From: Desulfatiglandales bacterium
Lineage (GTDB): Bacteria; Desulfobacterota; DSM-4660; Desulfatiglandales; Desulfatiglandaceae
Assembly (NCBI GenBank): GCA_963662465.1
Contig: OY759599.1
Location: 6,253,292-6,285,291, forward strand
DNA: 32,000 nucleotides
Direction: 5' to 3'
Numbering within the stretch: position 1 is the first letter of the stretch; every line of letters starts with the position of its first letter. Made by a program: the position numbers and the translations under genes. Below the pieces are notes generated by a model. It was not told the origin of the DNA, did not search any database, and saw only the letters and a list, made by a program, of their open reading frames with translations. Positions 24,129 to 32,000 of the stretch are shown here, piece after piece.

Positions 24129-24576
24129 GGCTCAATGCGGATTAACGTGAAAAAATGTTTCGCCACCAGGAAAAACCTCGGTGCATTCGTCATAAAGAAT
24201 CGTATGTATTCGGAATCCGACGAACCCATGGTTATTTTTCCCACGCGGTAGGTCAGGGTGCGGCGCGTCTCGTTTTTTCCTCTGACGCTGTTGAATCCCA
24301 AATGGGTTGAAATCCATCAAACGACCGAAAAAAACCCGAACGCGCCGTTCCCTGACATTTTTACGATCACCCCAACGTCGCCAATGGCGATTATCGGTTT
24401 ATGCCGAATCAATGTCAGGTAATCCCGTGTGTGGACGTGTGGGATTTTGAACGTTCATGGAGGTTGGAGTGAAAATAGAAATTTCGCGGTAAAAATGTAA
24501 ACGCGGGATAACTTGACCTACGGACTATACGACTTTTCCCCTCCGGGAATGTTTTCACGTTAATCCGCGATGAACC
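24129..24576 (+). mobile_element. MITE family 1, full-length copy (448 bp)
   Basis: TIRs ggctcaatgcggattaacgtgaaaaaatg and (revcomp of right end) ggttcatcgcggattaacgtgaaaacatt. AAAATCC (24122-24128) on the left matches AAAAATCC to the right of the sister copy (16296-16303). No transposase ORF. Confidence 0.75.
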
Positions 24577-24592
24577 GAATAGCCATGGCTCA

Positions 24593-24724
24593 GTGCGATT
24601 ACCAACACAAGGGTCGCGTGTTTATATAAAGCTTGGCAAGCAGCGAGCGGTTTTTCATTCTCCTCACCCACAAAAAGAGGCGGTCAAAGGGGCAGTTGAA
24701 GATATTAGATCGTTTTTGAAATGA
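24593..24724 (+). pseudogene. hicA: hicA toxin 3' remnant
   Basis: Own translation: ..TQGSRVYIKLGKQRAVFHSPHPQKEAVKGAVEDIRSFLK*. Resembles HicA C-termini (GSH..l...g.r.t.p.H..ke...g.....i.k..g.). N-terminus replaced by MITE-related sequence. The stop overlaps the hicB ATG (ATGA). Confidence 0.45.
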
Positions 24725-24909
24725 GCAGGAGTTCAACCATGAGCAAATTAAATATCCTGGCATATAAAGGGTACTTCGGAGAAGTTTCCTTTGACAGTGA
24801 TGCGAAAGTGTTCTACGGGCGTGTCATAAATACACGAGATACGATAACTTTCCAGTCAGATAACGCCAAACAGCTTGAAAAGGAATTTCAGGTTTCGGTG
24901 GATCCTTAG
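24721..24909 (+). pseudogene. hicB: hicB antitoxin N-terminal fragment
   Basis: MSKLNILAYKGYFGEVSFDSDAKVFYGRVINTRDTITFQSDNAKQLEKEFQVSVDP*: HicB N-terminal fold pattern (..Y.GY.g.v.fd.ed..f.G.v.g..d.i.f.g.....l...F...vd). The C-terminal half is missing here. Confidence 0.6.
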
Positions 24910-25009
24910 CGTAATACCCAAGGCGGCAGGGCCGCAGGTTTAGTGTTAAGTTCAAGCGGTTACAGATTTTCTTGTTTTTTGTGGCAGAAATTCCGGGAGT
25001 AAGGGCCGC

Positions 25010-25387
25010 GTGGCGGAACAGTTCATCGCCCAACACCTCGCTTTTTTTGGAAAAAACAACGTGACCCCATCTCTAACCTATTGGTTGCGGAAAAAAAGAT
25101 CAGCCAATGCCAAGATTGATTTTGTGACGCTGTTGGATGAATCGATCGTTCCTGTCGAGGTTAAAGCCGGCAAAAGTGGTTCGCTCAAGTCCCTTTTGCA
25201 GTTCGTAAACCAAAAAGAAATCAAAACCGCCGTGCGCTTTGATTTGAATCCGCCTACCTTGCAACATGTCTCACACGCCATTCGCCAGGCCGATAAATCC
25301 CTACCGATAGCGTTTGCTCTATTATCTCTTCCGCTTTACATGATTGAGGAACTGTTCAGAATTTTTTCTGCAAGAAACGCCGGCTGA
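25010..25387 (+). pseudogene. DUF4143-type ATPase C-terminal fragment
   Basis: (KGR)VAEQFIAQHLAFFGKNNVTPSLTYWLRKKRSANAKIDFVTLLDESIVPVEVKAGKSGSLKSLLQFVNQKEIKTAVRF.. matches the family C-terminus (aEqfv.q.L......lyYW.r.....aEvDFv.....i.PiEVK.g......sL..F). Confidence 0.6.
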
Positions 25388-25562
25388 CGTGCTCAAAATG
25401 TGGTTACGAACTGAGTCTGATAAACCATATCTGAACATTTGGAAAACAGGGAAAGAAAATTTGACAAAAAATTGGGATTCGATAAATCAACCTTTTGAAA
25501 AAATTGAACTTGCAAGGATACTTTTGCCAAATCTGCCACGCAAAGCGATCTGCTGTGCCTGC

Positions 25563-25740
25563 AGTAAGGTGTTCGACTACGTGCCCATGGCCGCCGGTGA
25601 AAAACTCAAATATGTTAGTGTGGATTCTGATGGCCAGTCTCGAGACATCAGCCGGGCGCTTGCTCTGCTCGAAAAAGCATAGATCATCATGAAAGCCTGT
25701 CACACGGGCGCATCCGATTCTGCTGCATCTTTTAACCGTT
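25563..25740 (+). pseudogene. DUF4143-type ATPase middle fragment with in-frame TAG
   Basis: SKVFDYVPMAAGEKLKYVSVDSDGQSRDISRALALLEKA*IIMKACHTGAS.. is the middle region, placed after the C-terminal fragment (scrambled order). Confidence 0.5.
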
Positions 25741-25815
25741 GTTCTATCTTTTAGCCCAGTGTTTCGCGAACGGACTCGATCGGGTACGCCAGGTGCGAGG
25801 GACTTTCCGGCCCAC

Positions 25816-25870
25816 ATCTGCCAAAAAATGTCACATTATCTGGCAAAAAATGTCACATTTTTTGCCAGAT
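25816..25870. promoter_or_regulatory. perfect 33-bp palindrome plus an extra direct half-site; candidate enhancer-binding-protein site
   Basis: atctggcaaaaaatgt-c-acattttttgccagat (25838-25870; 16-bp arms, checked base by base), preceded by a direct copy of the left arm atctgccaaaaaatgtcacatt (25816-25837). Lies 125-180 bp upstream of the sigma-54-type promoter. Confidence 0.5.
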
Positions 25871-25994
25871 AATGACCTAAAGGGAAAAATCCGTATTTTT
25901 AAAAAAGACATGTTCCAGAATTGCATGGTTTTTTTTCGGTCTATTGTTCTGTTTATGGGGAATTTTTTCAGCATTGATGCTTTTGTCAATATGA

Positions 25995-26010
25995 TGGCAT
26001 AATATTTGCT
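25995..26010 (+). promoter_or_regulatory. sigma-54 (RpoN)-type -24/-12 promoter upstream of pilin gene 1
   Basis: TGGCATAATATTTGCT vs consensus TGGCACG-N4-TTGCW. GG and GC have the canonical 12-nt register. About 95 nt upstream of the pilin start. Confidence 0.65.
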
Positions 26011-26106
26011 TGTCTATAATGCAAGTTGTGGGGATCATATCTTTCCCAGCGATAATGTCGTACAAGTATCATCTTGTAACAACCGTAAAAAGAAAGGTGT
26101 CTGTTG

Positions 26107-26469
26107 ATGATTAAGCACGTGGAAAGAGGTTTTACCCTTATTGAACTGATGATTGTTATTGCCATTATCGGTATTCTGGCGGCCATCGCCATCCCTCAAT
26201 TTACTGAGTACCTCAAAAGGGGGAGCAATGCTGCGGCCAAAACAGACGTGCGGACTGCGTCCATTGTGGAAGAGTCGTATTTTGTGGATAATCAATCATA
26301 CGCCAACGATGTGAATGCGCTCATCAGTTCAGGGTTCAGGGCGTCGGAGAATGTCACCCTGACGGTGAGCGGCGACAACCAGGGGTATACGCTCACCAGT
26401 TACCATGACAACGGCGATGAGACCTATATCATTACAGGACCCCTGGGGAATTTTACCTTTATCAGATAA
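26107..26469 (+). CDS. type IV pilin (prepilin), copy 1
   Basis: Leader MIKHVERG then the cleavage/methylation motif G|[24 protein letters not shown]. About 112-aa mature protein with no Cys. The ORF track starts at TTG 26104; ATG 26107 is likelier (AAAGGTG upstream). Confidence 0.9.
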   Translation: MIKHVERGFTLIELMIVIAIIGILAAIAIPQFTEYLKRGSNAAAKTDVRTASIVEESYFVDNQSYANDVNALISSGFRASENVTLTVSGDNQGYTLTSYHDNGDETYIITGPLGNFTFIR

Positions 26470-26588
26470 TGCGTCATTTCAATAAATAAAATATCAATTT
26501 AAAGCGAAAAGGAGGTGTTGCTTTTTTAAGGAGAGGGTGTTTTTTTTGAATCGTTTTAGTTAAAGGAAAACCAGAAAGGAGACTCAAA

Positions 26589-26963
26589 ATGTTGAGGAAA
26601 ATTAAGAAAAATAGGAATGAAAAGGGTTTTACCCTTATTGAACTGATGATTGTTATTGCCATCATCGGTATTTTGGCGGCCATCGCCATCCCGCAGTTCA
26701 CTGCGTATCGGGCCAGATCATATGACGCTTCGGCCGCATCGGACCTTAACAATGCTGCAAAGGCGCTGGTGGATTATGTGGGCAAGTATGAAGCGTATCC
26801 GACTAGCATAGATTCTCTTAGCACCAATACCTCTAAAGGTGTGACCCTTACCGGGGCTGTTAATGTTGCGGATTGGGCCATGACGGCTACCCATGCGGAG
26901 GGCAACAGAAATTATTTTCTTAGTAACGCATCCGGCAGATTAACCTACTCAGAAAAAGAATAG
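26589..26963 (+). CDS. type IV pilin (prepilin), copy 2
   Basis: AAAGGAG 7 nt upstream. Leader MLRKIKKNRNEKG then G|[24 protein letters not shown]. Divergent C-terminal domain, no Cys. Confidence 0.9.
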   Translation: MLRKIKKNRNEKGFTLIELMIVIAIIGILAAIAIPQFTAYRARSYDASAASDLNNAAKALVDYVGKYEAYPTSIDSLSTNTSKGVTLTGAVNVADWAMTATHAEGNRNYFLSNASGRLTYSEKE

Positions 26964-26982
26964 GTTTTCACCTGCATGACCT

Positions 26983-29142
26983 TTATTCTAAAGGGTGAAC
27001 CGGCATAAAAGGCGGTTCACCTTTTTTTTTGAGGGTGTCAGCCAGATCCCCATATTTTTTTGATCTGCATTGACATTCTGTGGCAAGAAGAGCGAGAAGA
27101 TCTTTCCGGTATGAGAGGCGGAGGTTGTTCAGTGGCGCGATATCTTCCGCCATCCAATCCGTGAATGTTCTAATTCGTGCCGGGTTTCCATCAAAAATAT
27201 TGAAAAAGCGGGTCATAGCTTGATCCTTTTTTTTCGCCATTCCCCTGGAAGCGTAGAGTTCTGCCATATAGAGCAGGGCGAGGGGATTATTCCCATCAAG
27301 GGCCAAAGATTTTTTGAAATGAATCAATGCTTTTCCCCCCTGATTGTTCAATTTATAAGCAAGACCCAAGAATGTCATTGTTTTGGGGTCCAGGGGGTCC
27401 TTTTGGATGGCCTTTTTAAAATTTTGGATTGCCTCATCCGTCCTTCCCCGAGCCATGAGTAGAAAGCCCAGGGCGGCATAACCTGATGCAACCCTTGGGT
27501 TGCCCTTAATGGCTTTTTGAAATTCTGATTCGGCTTCATCATAATGGCCGTTTTTCATCAACCGTATCCCTTTGTTGATGTGGGTTGGCAGGAAAAGGGG
27601 TTGAAATCGCAATGCCTGTTCATAATGAAATGCGGCCATTTTATCATCCCCCAATTTTTCATGGATTGCACCGATATTATGGTGGGTCCAGGCATTGGCT
27701 GCCAGATTGTTTTTATTCTCTTTGGAAAGGGCAATCATGTATTCTTCCAATGCTTTCAGGTGCAGATTCTTCTTTCCGTAAACCGAGCCCAGGTTGTTGT
27801 GGGGCCTGGGGAGGTCCGGGTATTTTTTGACGCAATCCAGGTATAATCTATAATCCGTTTGCCAGACCATGTTTCGCATAAATGTGCTGTGTCCCCAACT
27901 GATGGGAATCAAGACCAGCAATGCCCATAAGACCCCTTTGATGATTCCCTTGTTGGAGAAAAACCGTATTCCTTTCAGGAGCAAAATGATGATGGGCGCA
28001 AAAAAGAGCATGGAAGGAAGATAGTTTCGATGTTCAAAGATGAGTTCCACCGGGAAAATCGATCCCTCTATGAGATGATTGAGGAAAAAAAATATAATGC
28101 AAAAGCCTATGAAAGGTCGTTTTCTGAAGGCGGTCAGGGTGATTCCCAGGAGTACCAGCATTGCAAGAATGGAAATGATGGTTGAGGGGGGGGTGAAAAA
28201 ACCGGTGGAAAGAATTATATCATGCTCGAAGCATAATCGATTGGGCATGGGGTATAAGAGCAGGGAGATATAGAACAGGATCACTCTGGGTTCCGTCAAC
28301 AACCTCTCCCCCAATGTAAACCCCCTGTTCCGGTAGCCGGAAATGAGGTTTTCCGGTTTGAAAATGGATGGTCCGGCCAGAATCCATGCAAGGGCGAGGC
28401 AGATAAGGAGGATAATGCCTAGGAAAAACGCATATCGTATGAGGTTTTTTCGGGTTGCGCCCTGGATGAGAAACAGATCAAAAACCAGGAGGATGACGGG
28501 CAGCATGACGGCATTTTCTTTTGATGCGATGGCCATGAGGCCGCAGGTGAAGCATAAGAGGTAATAGATGAATTTGGATGAATTTCGTTGCGAAATTTTT
28601 CCTTTGAGATAAAAATACATGGACATAATAAAGAACAATGCCGCCATGATGGCCATCCGTTGGACGATGTAGGTGACGGCTTGGGTCTGAATCGGGTTAA
28701 GCGCCCAGAAAACAGTGGAAAAAAGAGCGACGGCATAGGCGTCAGGTCCATATCTTATTTTCAAAATGGGCAAATTCAGGGTTTCAACGATAAAGAGAAA
28801 AAGAAAGAAAGAGGCCAGAAAATGGATGGCTAGGTTGACCATATGGTAGCCGTAAACATCGGTTCCACCGGAATAATAATTGAGTGCAAAGCTCAGGCAT
28901 GCCGCAGGTCTGTATAGTTTTCCCTTTCCGTCCCAAGAGGCGTAAAAGGTTTTCTTGATATTGTCCATGCTCAATTCGGTGAGGTGGAGCGGTTGGTTTT
29001 TGAGAATATTGTTTACATCGTCAAAATGCCATGACGCGTTAAACGTGTTGGAATAGGCGAGTAAAACGAGGACAAACAGGGAGATGAAGGCAAAGAGATT
29101 TTTCCGGCATGGTGAGAGTGATATTTCGGGTTGCAGGTTCAT
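26983..29142 (-). CDS. TMTC-like GT-C membrane glycosyltransferase with C-terminal TPR repeats
   Basis: 719 aa. Many hydrophobic segments over about 430 aa. First-loop acidic motif WHFDDVNNILKN followed by YRPAACLSFALNYY..GYHMVNLAIHF. C-terminal third is TPR-like (..NNLGSVYGKKNLHLKALEEY.., ..GHYDEAESEFQKAIKGNP.., ..GRTDEAIQNFKKAIQKDP..). Confidence 0.7.
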   Translation of the reverse strand: MNLQPEISLSPCRKNLFAFISLFVLVLLAYSNTFNASWHFDDVNNILKNQPLHLTELSMDNIKKTFYASWDGKGKLYRPAACLSFALNYYSGGTDVYGYHMVNLAIHFLASFFLFLFIVETLNLPILKIRYGPDAYAVALFSTVFWALNPIQTQAVTYIVQRMAIMAALFFIMSMYFYLKGKISQRNSSKFIYYLLCFTCGLMAIASKENAVMLPVILLVFDLFLIQGATRKNLIRYAFFLGIILLICLALAWILAGPSIFKPENLISGYRNRGFTLGERLLTEPRVILFYISLLLYPMPNRLCFEHDIILSTGFFTPPSTIISILAMLVLLGITLTAFRKRPFIGFCIIFFFLNHLIEGSIFPVELIFEHRNYLPSMLFFAPIIILLLKGIRFFSNKGIIKGVLWALLVLIPISWGHSTFMRNMVWQTDYRLYLDCVKKYPDLPRPHNNLGSVYGKKNLHLKALEEYMIALSKENKNNLAANAWTHHNIGAIHEKLGDDKMAAFHYEQALRFQPLFLPTHINKGIRLMKNGHYDEAESEFQKAIKGNPRVASGYAALGFLLMARGRTDEAIQNFKKAIQKDPLDPKTMTFLGLAYKLNNQGGKALIHFKKSLALDGNNPLALLYMAELYASRGMAKKKDQAMTRFFNIFDGNPARIRTFTDWMAEDIAPLNNLRLSYRKDLLALLATECQCRSKKYGDLADTLKKKGEPPFMPVHPLE
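26994..27030 (+). terminator. Rho-independent terminator of the pilin genes
   Basis: ggtgaaccg (26994-27002) - 10-nt loop - cggttcacc (27013-27021), followed by T9 (27022-27030). Embedded in the last codons of the convergent gene 26983-29142. Confidence 0.75.
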
Positions 29143-29469
29143 GTGTTTGTCTCCATGTCAAGACTTCAATGGATATTGCCGTAAAAACAATATAGCGCTT
29201 TCAATTTTCATGTAATCCATAAAGGACATGGGGTCAAGGATGATCATTTCACCCTTTGCCGAAATAAATTATTATGAAAATCAATTTTATGCCCTGGTTT
29301 TAAAAAAAACATGAATGCCTTGAGATTCTAAATGTCATGGATCCCGCTCATGGCCAATGTCATCGGGATTGTTTTTTCCGCCGTATTTGTTTATATTATT
29401 AATGATATTTGAACATTCCGGGCGCTAAAAAAAAGCTAAGGGTTCACATAAACCGAAGGGGTCGTAATT

Positions 29470-30395
29470 TTGAAGCTGGATATTGTTATCCCCATCTACA
29501 ACGAAGAGGAAAACCTCCAGGTCCTGCACGACAGGTTGAAGCATGTATGTGACGGGTTGGAGGATGTTTCATGGCGGGTTATATATGTAAATGATGGAAG
29601 TCTCGACCGTTCACTTCATATGATGCTCGCCCAGGGTCGGGGGGATTCAAGGTTTACCACCATTGAACTTTCCCGCAATTTTGCCACCAGGCCGCCATTG
29701 CAGCGGGTCTGGCCTGTGCGGACGGTGATTGTGTGGTGACCATGGATGGCGATCTTCAGGATCCACCTGAAATCATCCCCGAATTGTTGGATTGCCGGCG
29801 GAAAGGGGCCGGCATCGTTAGAGCCCAGCGCCGCAGCCGCAAGGAAACCGGGGTGCGTCGATTGGGGTTCGATATGTTTTACAGGCTTTTTACGTGGATC
29901 AGTGATTTTCCCATTCCCCCCCATACGGGCATTTTCGGGTTACTTGATAGCCGGGCTGTGGATGAATTGAACAAGTTGCCGGAGAAAAACCGCTTTTTTC
30001 CCGGTCTCAGGAGTTGGGTCGGTCTTCGGCAGGAAGTGGTCTATTACGACCGGCAGGATCGGGCCGGCGGAAGCCCGAAGCAGTCCCTAAACAGGTTGAT
30101 CCGTTATGCTCTGGATGCGATATTCAGTTTTTCCTACAAGCCCCTGAGAATTATGACGGGTGTGGGCGCGTGTATCAGCGCTCTTGGTTTTTTCCTGGCC
30201 TGTTTTTTCATTATTAAGCGGCTCCTGGGCATTGAAATTGCTCCTACCGGGTTTACGACGTTAGTGACCGTGGTGCTTTTTCTGGGCGGCATTCAGCTTA
30301 TGGCCATCGGGTTGTTGGGGGAGTACCTGGCTAGAATTTATGATGAAGTAAAGCAGCGGCCCCTCTTTATTATCAAGAACCGTCATGGTGTCTGA
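29470..30395 (+). pseudogene. GT2 polyprenyl-phosphate sugar synthase (GtrB/ArnC/DPM1-like) with a 1-nt frameshift near 29683
   Basis: TTG start after GAAGGGG. KLDIVIPIYNEEENL..VIYVNDGSLD..IELSRNF then the frame breaks (ORFs 29470-29739 and 29733-30395). In the -1 frame it continues (G)HQAAIAAGLACADGDCVVTMDGDLQDPPE. Two C-terminal TM helices and ..GEYLARIYDEVKQRPLFIIK. Confidence 0.8.
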
Positions 30396-30398
30396 TCC

Positions 30399-32000
30399 AT
30401 GAAACTTCTCACCGCAAAAACCGTGGCGCCGTATCTTTTGATCATCACGGCATTTGCCGTGTATCTCAGTACGATGGCCCCGACGGTTTATCTGGGTGAC
30501 AGCGGCGAGTTGACCGCCGGGGCCTTTGCCCTCGGTGTTCCCCATGCCAGCGGATATCCTCTTTATTCCCTTCTGGGAAAAATTTTCTGCATGCTTCCCC
30601 TGGGAAATATCGGGTTTCGGATGAATTTGATGTCGGGGGTTTTTTTAACCCTTACAGTCTGGTTGGTTTATGTGATCATCCTGAGGGTTACATCCTCTGC
30701 TTTGCCGGCGGTAACAGCAGCCCTTTATCTTGCGTTTACGCCGCTTTTTTGGTTCCAGTGCGTATCCGCGGAGGTTTATCCCCTGCATGTTTTTTTTGTG
30801 GCATTGATGATAAAATTGCTCTGGGATTGGGATAAAAATGGGGAATTTCGTTTTTTGCTGCTTTTTGTTTTTGTGACCGGACTCAGTTTCGGCAACCACA
30901 TGCAGACCGTGATGTTGGCGCCGGGGGTTTTATTCCTCATTATTTCCAGGGATAAAAAGGTGCTTTTTCGTTTCAGGTATTTCATTGTCATAACCCTGTT
31001 TTTTGTTCTTGCCCTTACCCTCTATCTCTATCTCCCCATCCGTACGGATGCCGGCGCTGCCATTCATTGGGGTGATCCCAATAGCCTTGATCGTTTTTGG
31101 GACCATATAACGGCACGAACGCACAGGGGGAAATACATTTTCAGCAGCGGTCCTACGGAATACCTTTCGAGGACCCTGGCGGCATTGCAGCTCTTCAGCA
31201 AGCAATATGGCATCCTTCTTTTGTTTGCGTTTTGGGGGTGGCTGAAGCGTTTGCCCACGCGGTGGAAAATATCGGTTATCCTGGTGTTCATTTTTGATTT
31301 GCTCTATTCTGTTTTTTTGAATGTGATAGCGTTTAAATTTACGCCGTTTATGCTGCCCTCATTTGTCGTGATTGCCGTACTCATGGGGCTTGGTATTGCT
31401 GATGCGCTCCAAACGATGATGACTTATGATAAAATCAATATAAAACTTAAACGAACTGTTCAATTTGCCTGTTGCCTGCTGCCGGCAATCCCCTTTTTTT
31501 CCGGGTATGGCCTATGCAATCAAAGCTGTAACTACATGGCCTACGAGCATGCCGTAAATATTTTCAGGACCCCCGAATATGCCGGTACTGTTTTCCTGGA
31601 TGGGGACAATAACATCTTTCCAGCGGTTTATGGGCGGTTGGTCGAAGGAATGGGGGATGATATTACCGTATACGATCGGCTCAACCTTATTTTCAGATGG
31701 TCCGTCAATGATGCGTCGTTTAGTGTTAAGGGAAAATGGAACGAAATTAAAACCCTTGTGGAAAAGAAAATCATTGAAGAAAAAGCGGAAAAAGGGGTCT
31801 ATTATGCGGTTTTTGACCCCTTTTCCATTCCATTGCCGAGTGAATTTCGTGCAATCCCCTATGGCGTTTTGTGGAAAGTTATTCTTCGGGGGCCACCGGC
31901 AAAGACGGATGTTTCAATTGGTTTGTGGGATTACTACTATAAAGAAAGCATTCACGACCCCTTCCAGAAGGATTTCATGAATCGAAATATACGTGCGCAT
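30399..32000 (+). CDS. DUF2723 (TMEM260-like) GT-C family membrane protein, 3'-partial
   Basis: Not in ORF track (no stop in window). I translated 534 codons with no stop from ATG 30399, 3 nt after the GT2 stop: MKLLTAKTVAPYLLIITAFAVYLSTMAPTVYLGDSGELTAGAFALGVPHASGYPLYSLLGK... This is the hallmark DUF2723 N-terminus (PTV..GDSGEL..AA..LG..HPPGYPLY.LLG), followed by many TM segments. Confidence 0.75.
   Translation, partial: MKLLTAKTVAPYLLIITAFAVYLSTMAPTVYLGDSGELTAGAFALGVPHASGYPLYSLLGKIFCMLPLGNIGFRMNLMSGVFLTLTVWLVYVIILRVTSSALPAVTAALYLAFTPLFWFQCVSAEVYPLHVFFVALMIKLLWDWDKNGEFRFLLLFVFVTGLSFGNHMQTVMLAPGVLFLIISRDKKVLFRFRYFIVITLFFVLALTLYLYLPIRTDAGAAIHWGDPNSLDRFWDHITARTHRGKYIFSSGPTEYLSRTLAALQLFSKQYGILLLFAFWGWLKRLPTRWKISVILVFIFDLLYSVFLNVIAFKFTPFMLPSFVVIAVLMGLGIADALQTMMTYDKINIKLKRTVQFACCLLPAIPFFSGYGLCNQSCNYMAYEHAVNIFRTPEYAGTVFLDGDNNIFPAVYGRLVEGMGDDITVYDRLNLIFRWSVNDASFSVKGKWNEIKTLVEKKIIEEKAEKGVYYAVFDPFSIPLPSEFRAIPYGVLWKVILRGPPAKTDVSIGLWDYYYKESIHDPFQKDFMNRNIRAH

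Noticed and set aside
26470-26588. Search for a second sigma-54 promoter or a terminator between the two pilin genes
   Set aside because: There is no GG-N10-GC element in correct register and no stem-loop followed by a T-run; the T-rich stretches lack a complementary stem. The two genes are treated as one transcription unit.
29332-29412. 26-codon hydrophobic sORF MSWIPLMANVIGIVFSAVFVYIINDI in the divergent intergenic region upstream of the GT2 gene
   Set aside because: No SD, and it lies in AT-rich promoter-like sequence where such frames arise by chance. It would need ribosome profiling or conservation to be believed.

Overview
Repeat-rich bacterial accessory region; no rRNA, tRNA or CRISPR array seen. 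LEFT (1-3.3 kb): a RiPP locus (radical SAM/SPASM enzyme followed by an NHLP-leader precursor that runs off the window start) and a stand-alone cNMP-binding protein. CENTRE (about 3.3-25.7 kb): a heavily rearranged island built from three divergent families of Rpn/YhgA-like PD-(D/E)XK nuclease genes. Family A has 2 intact copies, 4 5'-truncated copies and small fragments. Family B has 2 intact copies. Family C has 2 remnants. Interleaved with these are two near-identical group II introns in inverted orientation (one beside a paralogous empty site), two MITE families, type II TA modules (2x higBA, brnTA, dismembered hicAB), fragments of a DUF4143-type ATPase gene and a tail-anchored coiled-coil repeat protein. 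RIGHT (25.8-32 kb): a sigma-54-type promoter with an upstream palindrome, two tandem type IV pilin genes, then three glycosylation genes. These are a TPR-containing TMTC-like GT-C enzyme, a frameshifted GtrB/ArnC-like GT2 and a DUF2723/TMEM260-like GT-C enzyme that runs off the window end. Most interesting observation: all three Rpn families carry an internal Shine-Dalgarno plus in-frame ATG just upstream of a copy-number-variable tetrapeptide repeat, delimiting a nested 76-112 aa ORF. Every decayed copy has lost the nuclease part but kept this nested ORF intact. That pattern fits an intragenic toxin/antitoxin (RpnS-like) arrangement with orphan antitoxin modules. Second: the pilin locus sits next to a possible polyprenyl-phosphate-sugar-dependent protein glycosylation trio. 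All homology statements come from reading motifs by eye; no database search was run.
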